From assembly GCA_002633005.1 (NCBI GenBank), contig NMRA01000012.1:2062550-2126549 (forward strand): 64,000 nt of DNA. The letters are read 5' to 3'. The stretch comes from Phoronis australis. Lineage: Eukaryota; Animalia; Phoronida. The translations under genes and the position numbers were made by a program. Each line of letters opens with the position of its first letter. Positions within the stretch are counted from its first letter, which is position 1. A model generated the notes under the pieces. It saw only the letters and a program-made list of their open reading frames with translations. It was not told where the DNA came from and searched no databases. Shown here in pieces: positions 52,201 to 64,000 of the stretch.

Positions 52201-55200
52201 TTTCTTTCATTCACAAACACATTTTGTAATGCTAAACTTTTTTGCACGAATATTTTGAACAGCATGATGATGAAGAGTAAAATGCCACTGCTTTAAATCT
52301 CCGCCAGACTGTCGTCCACAAAATATGTTAACGCCATCCACTGACACAACTTATTTAAATATCTCACCACCATAGCGGAAAATGGTAATTTCTTCAAACC
52401 ACTTCTAAATTCGTGCTACATCAAAATATTCTCACCTTCTTCATCATCATCGACATTTTCATCATCTTGTTCAGCCTCACTTTCGCCATCACTTTCATCA
52501 TCATCATCATCATCATCAACATCATCATCATCATCATCATCGCTTCCTTCACCAACTTCTTCCTCATCACTTTCCTCGTCATGGCTGACGTGTTCTTCAT
52601 CAGCGACATCTTGTGGAGATGAAAACAATTAGTCAGACATATGTGGTCAATTTTCAGAAGGGCTGGCAAGTCTATGATAACCCGCAGAATTCTTGATTTG
52701 TATAGGATATTTTTCATAGCAAAGGAAATTAAAAATCAAAATGAAACGACAAAACTTTTTTCACAATAACATTCATATTTGGATACAAAAATACACAAAA
52801 CGTATTGAGAGTGGCTTAGATGAAGTAATATCCCACGAGACATTCCGCGTAACTTCGGTTTCGGTCGATACGCGGAATAATGTCGAGTGGGATATTACTT
52901 CATGTACGCCAATCAAAGTACGCTTCGAATTCCTAAGTTTCTTTAATTTTTTGGCTGATTTTTTAAATACTTCACTCAGATTGTTCTCTAGTAAAAAAAA
53001 ACAGTTTTAAATGTAACGATTTATTACTTGAAAAGAGTTAACAAAGATGAAAACAACGGTAATTGTGCATTGGACTTGTAACATCTTCTGAAAATAGTTA
53101 AATAACAACATTTGATATTGTAGTTACCGAGGAATTGGCACCTGAGTTGCAGACGATATATTTAGCAATTGAAAATTGAGACAGAACTGTCCTATATTCA
53201 ACAGTCCTGTTCCAGATGTTACGACTGGGACTTGATTGCATGATGAGTGTTATTTACACTCCTGCAATTGCATTACTTTCAACTATTTCAGGAAAGTTTG
53301 ATGATCAAACCGGCTAATGACGTCGAGTCGACATTGACCTACCTTTTGAACTTTCCATGTCAGAGGTCACTGTTGAAGCAGTGCGGAAGATGAATACGGA
53401 AAACAATATTACATGGCCCTATTGCACTCGACTGATTCAATGCATATCGGATAAATGTCCCTATACTCAGGTGTTTTGCTAACTTCAATTAAGCATCATC
53501 AGTTATTATACAACCAATAAATGGTTCCACAGCAAATCACCTCAAAACAAAGTCCAAGGGTCCTATCCAGATCAAATTCACAAGGCTAAGTGGCCTTGTT
53601 TCTATTTGGTTGAGTTTTTGGACAGATAGACATTAAGCAAATGCATGTTTTTACTTAAACACACCACAGACAGTAGCTTTTCCACCTTCAAGAAGTTGGC
53701 GCCGTTCAGGGGGGACATAGTCCTCTTCACTCTCCTCCACGAAGGGCGACAGGTGAGGGGGTAATAATACACCCAAAAAGTAGTCTTCAACGGGGAGCAG
53801 CCGACGTTCATTGATACTGTCAAACACCCACTGGGGCTGCACATAGTGCCTGTGAATACAGTGTGGTATGTCAAGAGGTAATGATACGTCCAAGAATAGT
53901 TCACTAACACACGACACCACAATAACCTAGGTTAACTGACAGGCAGTCATCATTTTATTCAAAGCTAGAATTAGCTTGTCCTCTCGGTATCTGTTAATCT
54001 GTAATCTTAGCAGTGTTGAATAACACGGATCAATTCTTCACTTTCACGGAGTACGCTATTCAAAGGGTAGAAAACAACATGGCTGCCGCACTCAAGAACA
54101 TAAAGTGGGTCACGGCTCAGGTACATTCAGTTCCCCAACTTGCAAACAAAGCTCACTGACTACCACATGATACATCGAGCCATGTAACGTGTTCCAGACA
54201 AAAGCTTTTGATTAGGTGAACTGAGGTGCCTAAGCCATATTCTGTCCGGCACCATGTTTTGTGGTTGGTGAGCCACGTTCATTATGCATCTGAACATGAG
54301 TTTGTGAGTTCGTGAATAGAGTTCATCAAACCCATTTTTATAAGTGTTACCATGACAACTAGCTGTTTGAGAAGGTTTTATACCTAGACATGAACTGTTT
54401 GCTCATCTGTGGTCTGTCTGCGATGTGGTGGGTAATAGTTTCATCATCCTCTTCATAGGTACCACCAACAGCTAAAGTCTTGTCCCAGGAAACTTGACCT
54501 CCAAATGACCTAGAGCAAAAGAAATACCAACAGTACTTGTCATGAATGACAAGCTGTTGTCTTCGATGTCAGATAAATTTTTAAGAAGTGCTTCTGTTCA
54601 TGTCAAACATTTTTGATGAAGTATCTTTTTCGGTATGCCATAAAATTTTCGAACAATCTGAAAGATTTTTAATGAAATTTCCTGAGCTTTTTTCATCGTT
54701 TGCACCAGTCCACGACTGTCCACAACTATGGTACACAGAAGCCAAAGATATTAACACAAATAGCATTCGAGTCAAACTTGATTAGAATACAAAACTGGAA
54801 ACGAGTACTGTGAAAGGAGAACTGAGAAACATAATCCACTGCATTAATACACCGACGCAACCATCTGTTAATTTGCTCTCAAATGAACAGCATAATTTAC
54901 TTACTTTAGTCAATGCCAAGCGCAGATTTGCTCTCCCAAGAATAACACAATTCACTTAATAGGGTAATGCCATTCACTAATTTGATCCCTGGTGAATACA
55001 TACTTACTTAATTAGGAAGAATGACGTCATTTGCAAATTTTGATCTCCATTAAATAGCACAATTTACTTAAGTGCTCATCAATTTGCTTTCTCAAAAATA
55101 GTAACAATTTACGTAAGCAGAATAGTGCCCCCTCAAGGAATTATCAGTAAAAGCAAGGAGCAAGTATTTTTTTGCATTTCCTTTCCTTATAATTTTTCTG

Positions 55201-58200
55201 CTGTATTTATAAAAGATCATCTTTAACGTATTAATAGTATTCACTATATCCTGACCCATCCACTTTCCCCAAAATTTTCCAAATGATTTACTACTTTAGC
55301 TCGACAGACCATTGACTCTTGAGACTGCTGACCAATCACACGCAGTGTGTCTCAATTTTTGACATTTGACTGAGCAAGATAGTGTAAATAGAGAACGGTA
55401 CGTGTCGACAATGCCACACACAAAGGTGAACAACGTTTCCATTCAGCAATGCTATCTCTCCAAATAACATCACACCCATGCGAAATCTTACAAGATAACC
55501 TTAGCGTGTACCATGATCAATAGCATTACGACGTATCATATGAGACAATCGCATTTCGAAAATGAAGCCACAGAACAGACCTGATCATGAAGGTCAATGA
55601 TTCTCGAGACACTTCTCGGTTCAAGTAGAATTTCAGTCCTTGGAATAAACTCTTGAACTTCTTCAAGTTGTCTTCCTCCAGCTTCGCCTCCTCCACTGTG
55701 TCCGGGTCATCTGACTAAACAAGCAGAATAGTAGAATAAAAGGTACAATACGGCATGCTCCAGCTTAATTTCACAACTTGCGTAAACTGGTGATTGATTG
55801 CAGATCAAGTGAACTTATAAGTTATGGTAAGATTTGAAAAATTAAAACCTTAAAAGTTGTATTCTGCCACAACGATATCAATCAACCCCTTATTAGGAGA
55901 ATTCTGATGCCTGATCCTTATTCAGTCTCAATTTGAATTTCCAGTTGAGAATTTTTGACTCTGGACAACGAAACTACTATTCTTGAACGCCTTGGGATTT
56001 TCTATTTTAGTTCAGACGTCCACAAAATGTGCAAGACCAGTGCTTCAGTATTAAATTTATTACATGACCAGTGATACTTCTGTCTTATAACTGGCTAAAA
56101 ACTAGCACGATAACTTCAGATATACCATAATATTGACCAAGCGGGTCACGGACTATCACCTTTCATTCGTGCCGACAAGTGTCACTACTTGTGACCTGAC
56201 CGATCAGATGCTGAACAAACCCTGAATACGAAGCGAGCATACGATGCAAGAACATGAAAGCAGGTAAGAACAAGCAGATCAAATGAGAGTGTGGAAAGAA
56301 GCACCAGAGGTCATATAATAAAACAAATGTAGCATCAATCATATTGGCTAATATGGACCGCGGGCAACATTTCTCTACAGAAGAATCGGCTAATACAATA
56401 CAAGACAAAAGTAATCAGACAAAATTCTGTTTCCCCGTCATGTCGACTAATTCCGTTAACAGCAACAAGAGCAACGCAGAGCGTTGAAATGCGCCCACAA
56501 TTGCACCGCATACGGTATCCCTCTAGGGTTGTTTATTGGTACCATAAAGTGGCCAGTAGAGGGCATATATGTAGTATGTTGTACTTTGCAAAATGGAAAG
56601 GCATGGTCCTTGTCTCCTCAATAGGCTAGGGGCAAAATGTGAGTAATCTTCATAATACAAGCACATCCTATACACCAGTTGCTTAAAGCACCACAGAAAC
56701 ATAGAATTAAAAACAAATTTACCAACATACGAGATTAGCACAGCATTAGAATGCCAGAAACAAATTTCTACTTGGAACTTTTCCTTCACAGTCACGAAGT
56801 AACACANGATAGAGCAGCGGACGCCGGACGCCAGACGCCGGACGGACGCCGCCCGCCCGGACGCCGCCCGGACGGACTGACAGACGGACGGACGGACAGA
56901 GATGACGGCATAATGCGTCCACATATAAATATGTGGGCGCATACAAATGACTGGTAATAACTACTAGTGCATCAAAATTCCACAAACAGAATGGCCTAAC
57001 CATCTTACTGACTTTAACCCTTTATTCTCAGTCATGAAGGAACACAAGGTTGATGATGAATTCTGCTTCTGTCAAGCCGTCATGACGGCATTCCAGGTCA
57101 TTTTGTCTGAATACTTTTGGCTTGTACTGTATCTATATATGCAAATTCACTTGCATTCAATGCATGACTTAAAACGCTTACGATAGGAAAGTCGTCCACT
57201 TCAGGCTCATCTCCACTTTCCTGTAGTGTGTTTCGGAGACTCTGGGTCAATGCTGATAAACGCTGGAAAGAAAAAAGACAGCTCCGATTTACTATCACCC
57301 AATGCTGCCACACGTGTTTGAGAAAGGTCACATAAAAAACAAGACTTCTACTCAGCAAGCAGCATTTTTACTCCATAATAATCATGTTTATAAATAAGCA
57401 TGCTCACATTTCTCCCCTCCCTTACATATTATTGAAGCCAGTTTCCTACTATTTGTGCAGAGCTGCTGTACAAGACTGTTATTTAGTTCAGTATCCAGCT
57501 GCACAAGAAACAAATCTCCCTGCTTCATTGCACCGATCCTGTAACTTGTAGAGCATACTGTTAGTCTATTGGCAGTTTCTGATCTGTACAGAATGCCAGT
57601 ATACAGCTATACACAGGCAAATTTACACCATTACAATAAGACATGTCTTAAAGGCGAAGGCAACCTTTTTCCATGTCATTTTGAGCTAAAATAAGGTTGG
57701 TTGGTTATCCTAGACATATTTTTCACTTAATTACAGCTTTTCGTAATTTTATTAATTACTCGTCCGCTTTTCCGGAAGTGACGTTTTAGGAGGCAAGCGC
57801 TTCCCGCCACTTGGTTTTGCGTTGAGCTTACTGTGCGAATCTGTTCTATTCTACTTTTGTTTTGTGCTATTTTTCACCAATTGTCGCCACCACTTTCCAT
57901 CGGCGAGTATTCTGCGGCAAGATAGGTTAGTAGAGAACTCAACTGCGTTGGATTTAGGGATTGTTTAGTGTGTTGTAAGCTGAAAATGGCTGGAGTCGGT
58001 GACCCGTATCACAGTGACAGTAGTGTGAGTGACGGAGACCTTGTTCACAGCAGTGGTGACGAGGAATTTTTTCACGGACATTCAGTGGGTGGGTACATGT
58101 TTGAGCCCGAGTACAACGAGGCAGAGTACACACAGGCACAGGCAGCTGTTGAGAGAAACGAGGCGGCTACTGAAGACAGACGTGGTGACACATCTTGGTG

Positions 58201-61200
58201 CAAATGCACTGTGTGCGTTGTTATGCCTACCTCAATTGAATGCTTGTGCTGTTCCGAGTTCCACATCAATTATCTTTTTGGTCTCTTCCTCCATTAGAGT
58301 GTATGTGGTATACTTGGCGGACCGCCCTGGTGAGTCAGACAAGTTCTCCTTCTCCATGAATTCCGCCACCAACTCGAGATGTTGTGACATGTATGCGTCA
58401 TTGACAACTGGTATTAAATAGGAATTCTGAATGTTGTTGAATGTTGTTTTCGAAAAAAAACTTGACTTTTCCAAAGTCCATCATTGTCTTCACCGACTGA
58501 AACGTGTTTCCAGTGAAGAGCACACCACTGGACATGGTTAAGTGGACCTCCGGCATACCACGGACAGAGGAACAACTGTCCCACTTGCCAGAGTGTCCCG
58601 TGACACACTCCCACTGGATGGTGACCTGAGCACCCAAACTGCTTACATTGTGTCGTGTGACTCCCTCGCCACACACCTGGCACCTTCTAAATAGCTCCAA
58701 CACTTTAGACAAGTCCACAATAAACTTATCAAAGTTTGGCTCACCGATCTGTTCACTGGACGACGAACTGTCCTCTTCACTGGGTGTCGAACTGGGCCTG
58801 TAATCACTCCCACTACTCAATATCGCTGCAGGGCTGCTTAGAGGCTCTGGGCTGGAGAAAACAGCACAGGGCGAATCACTACTGGTTCCAGGAATTGCAC
58901 GCTCTGGGGTACGTTCGGAGGCACGGGTGACAGTAGATGAAGTGCCTCCACTGGCTCCAGTCACTGTACTGGCCACAGCTCGCGAGGCTTCTCGCTTCAA
59001 AAACGCACTTCTCGGGGGTGGCGACGGGGCACTGCCGGGAATCAACACAGACGGAATGGCATCCTTCTTCAAGCGTTGTTTCGCGGGGACCTTCATCAGT
59101 TCAGCGTACAAATCCCTTTCGTAATCGGACGGCAGAAAGTGCTTGCCACACACACGGTAATTCTCCACTGCTTTGTACGTTGCGTGGACGGGTAACGCTG
59201 CGTTCTTCACACGAACGAGCCAAGTACGGCGAAGTGTGTCATCCATCGGAAAGCGATGCAAAGTAACTCCCAAAGCGCGCGTGAGCCGATAATTACTACA
59301 TCCCGGTACGCAGCAACAGTGTGGCATGTTGACTGACTAGTAAATGAAAGCGAACGACGACGGAACTTAACACAACCGAGGTAGAACAATGACTGACTCG
59401 GCAGCTCTCACAGTCAGACTATGTGAAAAGAAATTGGCGGGAAGCGCTTGCCTCCTAAAACGTCACTTCCGGAAAAGCGGACGAATAATTAATAAAATTA
59501 CGAAAAGCTGTAATTAAGTGAAAAATATGTCTAGGATAACCAACCAACCTTATTTTAGCTCAAAATGACATGGAAAAAGGTTGCCTTCGCCTTTAATGTG
59601 TCCGAATGACATATCACAAACATCAAGTTTCACACCAAAGTTGGAAACCTATTACACACAGCAAAGCACAGAAATCCAGCACCACAATATGACACAAGTT
59701 AATGTGTCCACAAAGACTACCACAAAAATCTAGCTTCCCAGTAGGACACCTATTAACGTGTCTGTGCGACATACCTCCTCCAGTTTCTCATTGTCCAGAC
59801 ACTTGTCCTTGGTGTCCTCGTCATGCGAGTCCAGTGCTAGTCGTGGGGGATAATGCAAGTTCATTGAAGTATACAGCTTGTAATTAACAAAGCCCAGCAT
59901 GGTAGTGTAGAACTCCACAAAGGTGGCCATGATCTTATAATCCACATCACTCGGATGCTGTAAACAAGAGGAAAAAATAGTTGTTAGAGCTGAATCCAGG
60001 TTTACACAGCACCTGAAGAAGCGCGAGATGAATGCCTAACCACAACCATGACTCGGTTGCAAAGAAGCGATGGACCAGGTTTCAATACTGTAACACCTGG
60101 GTTGGGCTGCACAAACTTCGAAACTAATCCGCCGGATAAGTTTGATTGTATTATGACGTCAAGTTCATTGTTCAACAGTGGCAACGTGGTGTACAGAGCC
60201 AGGGCATTTGAGTTATAGGTGAAACAATGCATTTTAGGAACATTTAAACATGCAGCAACCTTAAATGTTAAGACATACTATTTCTTCAGGACATTTGGCC
60301 AATCATCTTTTTTCTTGTCTTCTTACAATCATATTATTCTAAGTATTGTGAAAGTTAATAAAATACAGATTAGTTACAACCACTCCAATAAAAAAAAATT
60401 AACAAAAGCTGTGAATTTTGTATTTGAATTAACACTTTTGTTCATCCCACAATGTAAACAGCTTTGAACCTAAAGCCATTGCCTATTCTTCGAATATAAA
60501 GCCATACTCGAATATAAGGCTATGGCATTTGTGCAGGGTTTTACGGTATGAGACTCCCCATCTCACAATGATGACTAATTCTTACAGCAGAGAATGCACA
60601 AGGTCAGGTGGGAGTTAATGAGTTAACGAAGACCACTTTAGAACATGTAAGACACAATTGCAGATACGTACAAGATTTCAAGAAAAAACACCAATTATTA
60701 TAAAACACATATTGGGGTCAATCTTCCAAATGCAGTCCAAAAATACTAGGCACGCTTATAACCCAGCCCCTTTTTATGAGCTTGGTACCTGAACGCAGAT
60801 TTGCCATGTGTGAATTTCAAATCAAGATAACGTTTGTTTTAAAGGCAACAAAACATAAGTTTTTAAACTAGTGACCATTTAGAGGGACCAGGACTTCATT
60901 AAGACATAAATGGCTCATTCAGCCATTTGGTTATGGATGGAAGTCTGCTTAGAGTACTGCAAAAATTGTAAGACTTGAAAATTTCTCTCATTAAAGACAA
61001 TAGGAGCATACTCGTGAGTTTCAATCAGGAGTTTGGATCATTTCTGTTGTATCTTAAATATCACACTACCTGCACACTATTCTTCAGACACACATTTACA
61101 GGTTCACAAGTAAAGATTGTGTGCATTCTAGTGTGGCCATGAGAGAACTCACCTCATATCCAAACTTATGTGGCACAATCCAGTTGATGGTCTGACCCAT

Positions 61201-63087
61201 GACCTCTACTTGGTAGTACACGCCTTTGATGGAGACAAACACCTACAGAGGGAGCCACTGAAGTAAGTGAAGTCAGCAGGGGAGACGACCATAACAGTAA
61301 CAGAAACAGCTCACGAGTCTCAAAAAAATAAGTGTGTGACATAGGCGGATTTAGGGGGGGCCCAGGGGGCCCGGCCCCCNTCGCAATACTCTCTTTGTCA
61401 AACCTTATCTTAAGATGGTTTCCAAAGCAATCCCGTCATTATTGCCAACACGAAAAATGGATTTGGTCTTTTGGGCATTTGAAGACTATTTCAAATACGA
61501 CAAATTTGTTAAGAATTGATGGCACAAAATACAAAACGTATAATAAGCATTACAAAAAGAAGTAGGCTACGCGCGCAAACGCTGTGGCCCATAAACAAGT
61601 AAGTCTTTTAGTATGAGAGTTGTAGTTAAATTGTGGTGGTATAGTGGTAACGTACGAGCGCTCAACCCTCTAGGTCGTGAGTTCGAGTCTTTGACACTTG
61701 CATTTTTTTCCTGTTTGATACGTTCTCCGTGTTTTTTTTGCCTTTTTTTCTTGGATAATACTTCAGGAATCAAGGCAAATGCTTGATTTTTAGAGGTAAA
61801 AACAGAAAAATTTTGTTTCCCGACCTCCACCCATTCGGTGCTATGCGCATCTACAATCGTGGTTCAGTTTGCACAAATGCTTCCAGCCGGACAAAATGTT
61901 GGGCCCCCCCTTGTGATATCCTAGATTCGCCACTGTGTGATCATGCCAAAGTTTTCTCGTTCAATGAAACGGACGACAAAAATTGGTAACAGCGGCAGGA
62001 GAATCAACCACAAATCAAGATTTAACTGCCCAGATTTTGTACAAAATAGATGTCAGCAGGCCTTCATGCAGCGTAAGTCCTGGGCATCCATTTGGATGCC
62101 CACGCAGCACTAATGTGGCTGCCCTAGAAAGGACACCCAATGTATCAATAGGAACCTTTCAAGTTTGGATACACACATTGTAATGATAACTAGGAAGCCT
62201 ATGAAGACTCACAGAGGTGGCTCTTTTTTCAAAGTAGGAAGAAACATACAATGTATATACAAAATATATACAATGTTGCTATGCTCACACTTGGTTGATA
62301 ACATTGTATAAGTCTTGGTCTCCACAGCTCACTACAGAAGGCTGTTTTGTAAACTTAGATGTAGAAACCTTGGTCTATGCATTTTTTGTAAAAAAATCTG
62401 CGTGTTTGGAGGGATTGCTAGGGGTGGGGGGTTACGCGTCGGAATCATGGACGTCCTGGAATATGGGGAACCCCATTTTGGACACCTTATTTTCGAAATC
62501 CTGGATAAAGGCCTAGCTAGATGTCAGCAGTAAAAGTGCCTAGGCAAAGAAATGTAAGAGGACATGGAGATGGCAAGCAAGCCAGCAGCAAATTAGAAGC
62601 TATTAAACTTCGTCAATTCTTTAGTCAAGATGAAATTTTTGCTTTTTTAAAGTAACGCCTAGAAATATCTTGATATATCAAATAATTATGAGCGCATCAG
62701 TGAGAAATAATTTATAGAAATTATCTCAGTAACTAGCAGTAACACGTGAATTCTCACAGACTGCACTTTTGCTCAAAAGAGATTTAACTAAACATTTTAG
62801 AAACTGTAATGTAAATCGTAAAACTGAATTTCTGACTTAAGTAAAGTCACTCCTCAAGAAACGGACATCAGAAAGCCAGGCCAGTTTAATATTCACGCTT
62901 AATGATTGAACTCAATTCTTTTGCTATAAGGTTGTATACAGCAGCTTTAAATAGAAGGGGTGTGACAAGCACAGTCATTAACCCTTCACAAATGCAAACT
63001 GATTTTAAAACAACTCGAGTCAGATCTTTGTTGTCACACCTACCTTACGCAACGATCTTGAGGAAATAACGAAATGCATGAACTCCA
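49282..63087 (-). CDS. PES1: Pescadillo homolog (ribosome biogenesis, BRCT domain); 5' exons lie beyond the window
   Basis: Exons 63044-63087, 61153-61242, 59775-59957, 57182-57262, 55581-55714, 54384-54509, ~53686(or 53665)-53849, 52436-52609, 50557-50621, 49655-49831, 49282-49359 (TAA). Motifs [53 protein letters not shown], acidic tract, [12 protein letters not shown]. Confidence 0.95.
49950..50515. repeat. Degenerate ~28-30-bp tandem repeat
   Basis: Recurring CAATCCCA..CAA.TTGAAGACACATG-like units. Confidence 0.6.
50648..51162. repeat. 38-bp minisatellite (ATGTTAGGCAAACACTATGAACACACAGCATATGTCAA) x about 13.5, in a PES1 intron
   Basis: TTAGGC recurs with period 38 from 50651 to 51145; near-identical units with no spacers. 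Confidence 0.95.
51937..52182. repeat. Tandem duplication of a 123-bp unit, each copy ending in a CTCF-like motif
   Basis: Two copies starting TTTAATTTCATGGAATATGATAGA and ending CACTAGCGCCACCTGGT. Confidence 0.85.
52820..52903. repeat. Long imperfect palindrome, probably the core of a non-autonomous element
   Basis: ATGAAGTAATATCCCAC / GTGGGATATTACTTCAT outer arms; TTCCGCGTA / TACGCGGAA inner arms. Confidence 0.8.
56464..56947 (+). mobile_element. Helentron/Helitron2-like non-autonomous element (HINE/pearl-like)
   Basis: AACAAGAG start, subterminal inverted repeat ATGCGCCCACA / TGTGGGCGCAT, (ACGG/ACAG)n microsatellite at about 56817-56900, terminal hairpin, A-rich end. Confidence 0.7.
57986..58297 (+). 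pseudogene. Truncated Kolobok accessory protein (KolX; P2X7 C-terminal ballast/nanor-like Cys-rich domain)
   Basis: Acidic N-terminus, YMFEPEY, then [27 protein letters not shown]. Homology stops near 58260, where it joins the antisense of the transposase. Confidence 0.8.
58257..59327 (-). pseudogene. Kolobok-type THAP-domain transposase, frameshifted and truncated
   Basis: THAP motifs [27 protein letters not shown]. Second Zn motif CQVCG..WECVTGH. Frameshift in the A-run at about 58453-58460, then [16 protein letters not shown], lacking the preceding GDGR residues. Ends at the deletion junction. Confidence 0.85.
61340..61935. mobile_element. MITE with GC-rich termini and 5-bp TSD, containing a tRNA-like segment
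   Basis: CATAGGCGGATTTAGGGGGGGCCC ... GGGCCCCCCC..CTAGATTCGCCACTG; TGTGA on both flanks (61335-61339, 61936-61940). A-box-like TGGTATAGTGG and B-box GTTCGAGTC at about 61637-61689. Confidence 0.7.
62310..62513 (+). repeat. Second copy of the 22730-22953 dispersed repeat
   Basis: Colinear match by eye over about 200 bp. Confidence 0.75.
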
Positions 63088-64000
63088 CTAAAAAATAAAG
63101 ACAAGCATATGAAGATTGCACTAAAAGTGCTACTTGCAAACTGGTCACTGTTGTTGAATCCAGTGAATGCAAAGTCAAAAAAATGTAATTGGTTCTGGTC
63201 TATGTTTTTATTGAAGCCGGAGGTGTGGCATTTTTTCAGGCGGATCCTTTTTTCAAAAAAAGAAAATCCACTTGAGGCGAGCAGAAACGATACAAGATTT
63301 TTTACAAATCGCTTAGCAAATGACGGTGCTTCAAACCCTGATAACATGCCTTTGTGCAACTGTTTAAGAAAAACGTGAGACCTTGGCTAAAGCAGACAGG
63401 CATTTTGAAGGTTTTTTTGTCACTGAGCAAAGGTCTCATAATGGGTACGAGTCACTTTCCAGGGGAGCCAGTTCTCCACTGATTAACATACATCACTCTA
63501 GTTCCCAAAATTGTGAACCCTCTAATAAACTATTGCCAGATGATGCTGCAAAGTGAAACAATCATTTGGATTTTTAAAATGATTTCATTTATACAAGGCT
63601 GTCATTTTACGTTCCAGCCCGCCAAAACTTAAATCCATCTATTGTAAACTGCGCATCATTGGTTGACACAAAAACAAATCAGACAGAAGGAATAAGAAGC
63701 TTTTGAAAGTGTAATGCATCTGCGAGTTGTGGATAGAACAACTCCAGTCACTGGAAGATTCCAACAAGTATGAAGACAAAGAACTCAGTTGCTATTATCA
63801 GCGTTCAAGAGAAGGCACTTTGATACATTATCAAGCAGCGTAGTTCGACAGTCAACCATTAACCGCTGATAACACAGTCTTCCTGTCATATGAGAACACA
63901 TGGCAAATTGTCTGTGTATTTCAGAACTTGATGATTAAACCTAATTTAGAGCATTAAATAAACATAATGCAAAATGAAGTCGCTGGGCATGAAAGTAGTA

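Larger units (their letters stand above)
57652..59592 (-). mobile_element. Internally deleted Kolobok-type DNA transposon in a PES1 intron
   Basis: TTAA at 57648-57651 and 59593-59596; AG...CT termini; TIRs 57652-57809 and 59435-59592 with one visible mismatch; two convergent ORFs inside. Confidence 0.92.

Noticed and set aside
52421-52717. Poly-Met and poly-Ile ORFs
   Set aside because: Alternative frames of the (GAT)n acidic exon of PES1.
56523-57003. GC-rich ORFs rich in Arg/Pro/Ser
   Set aside because: They derive from the ACGG microsatellite of the Helentron-like element.
58398-59327. Domesticated host THAP gene nested in PES1
   Set aside because: Enclosed by near-perfect TIRs and a TTAA duplication, and broken by frameshift and deletions, so it is a transposon copy.
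61630-61700. Possible tRNA gene
   Set aside because: A/B boxes are present, but there is no convincing acceptor stem or cloverleaf, and it lies inside a MITE.

Overview
AT-rich, intron-rich animal genomic DNA, probably a lophotrochozoan such as a mollusc (inferred from repeat types). Four spliced genes were reconstructed by hand from GT/AG boundaries and protein motifs. (1) An uncharacterised dynamin/EHD-like P-loop GTPase with two C-terminal hydrophobic helices (+, first exon not found, 3103-12268). (2) Theta-class glutathione S-transferase (-, 15302-20189). (3) Unconventional myosin XIX (+, 20368-45979), head-to-head with the GST across only 178 bp. (4) The 3' part of pescadillo/PES1 (-, 49282 to beyond 63087). 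The introns carry many mobile elements. The best-defined is a 1.94-kb TTAA-flanked Kolobok-type transposon with 158-bp near-perfect TIRs in a PES1 intron. It encodes two convergent ORFs, a THAP/DDE transposase and a P2X7-ballast/nanor-like Cys protein, fused by an internal deletion; each TIR carries an ETS-CRE plus E2F promoter-like module. Also present are a degenerate miniature LTR element with tRNA-like LTRs, PBS and PPT, a foldback element, several MITE families, a Helentron-like element, a SINE and tandem repeats. All calls are by eye; no searches were run.
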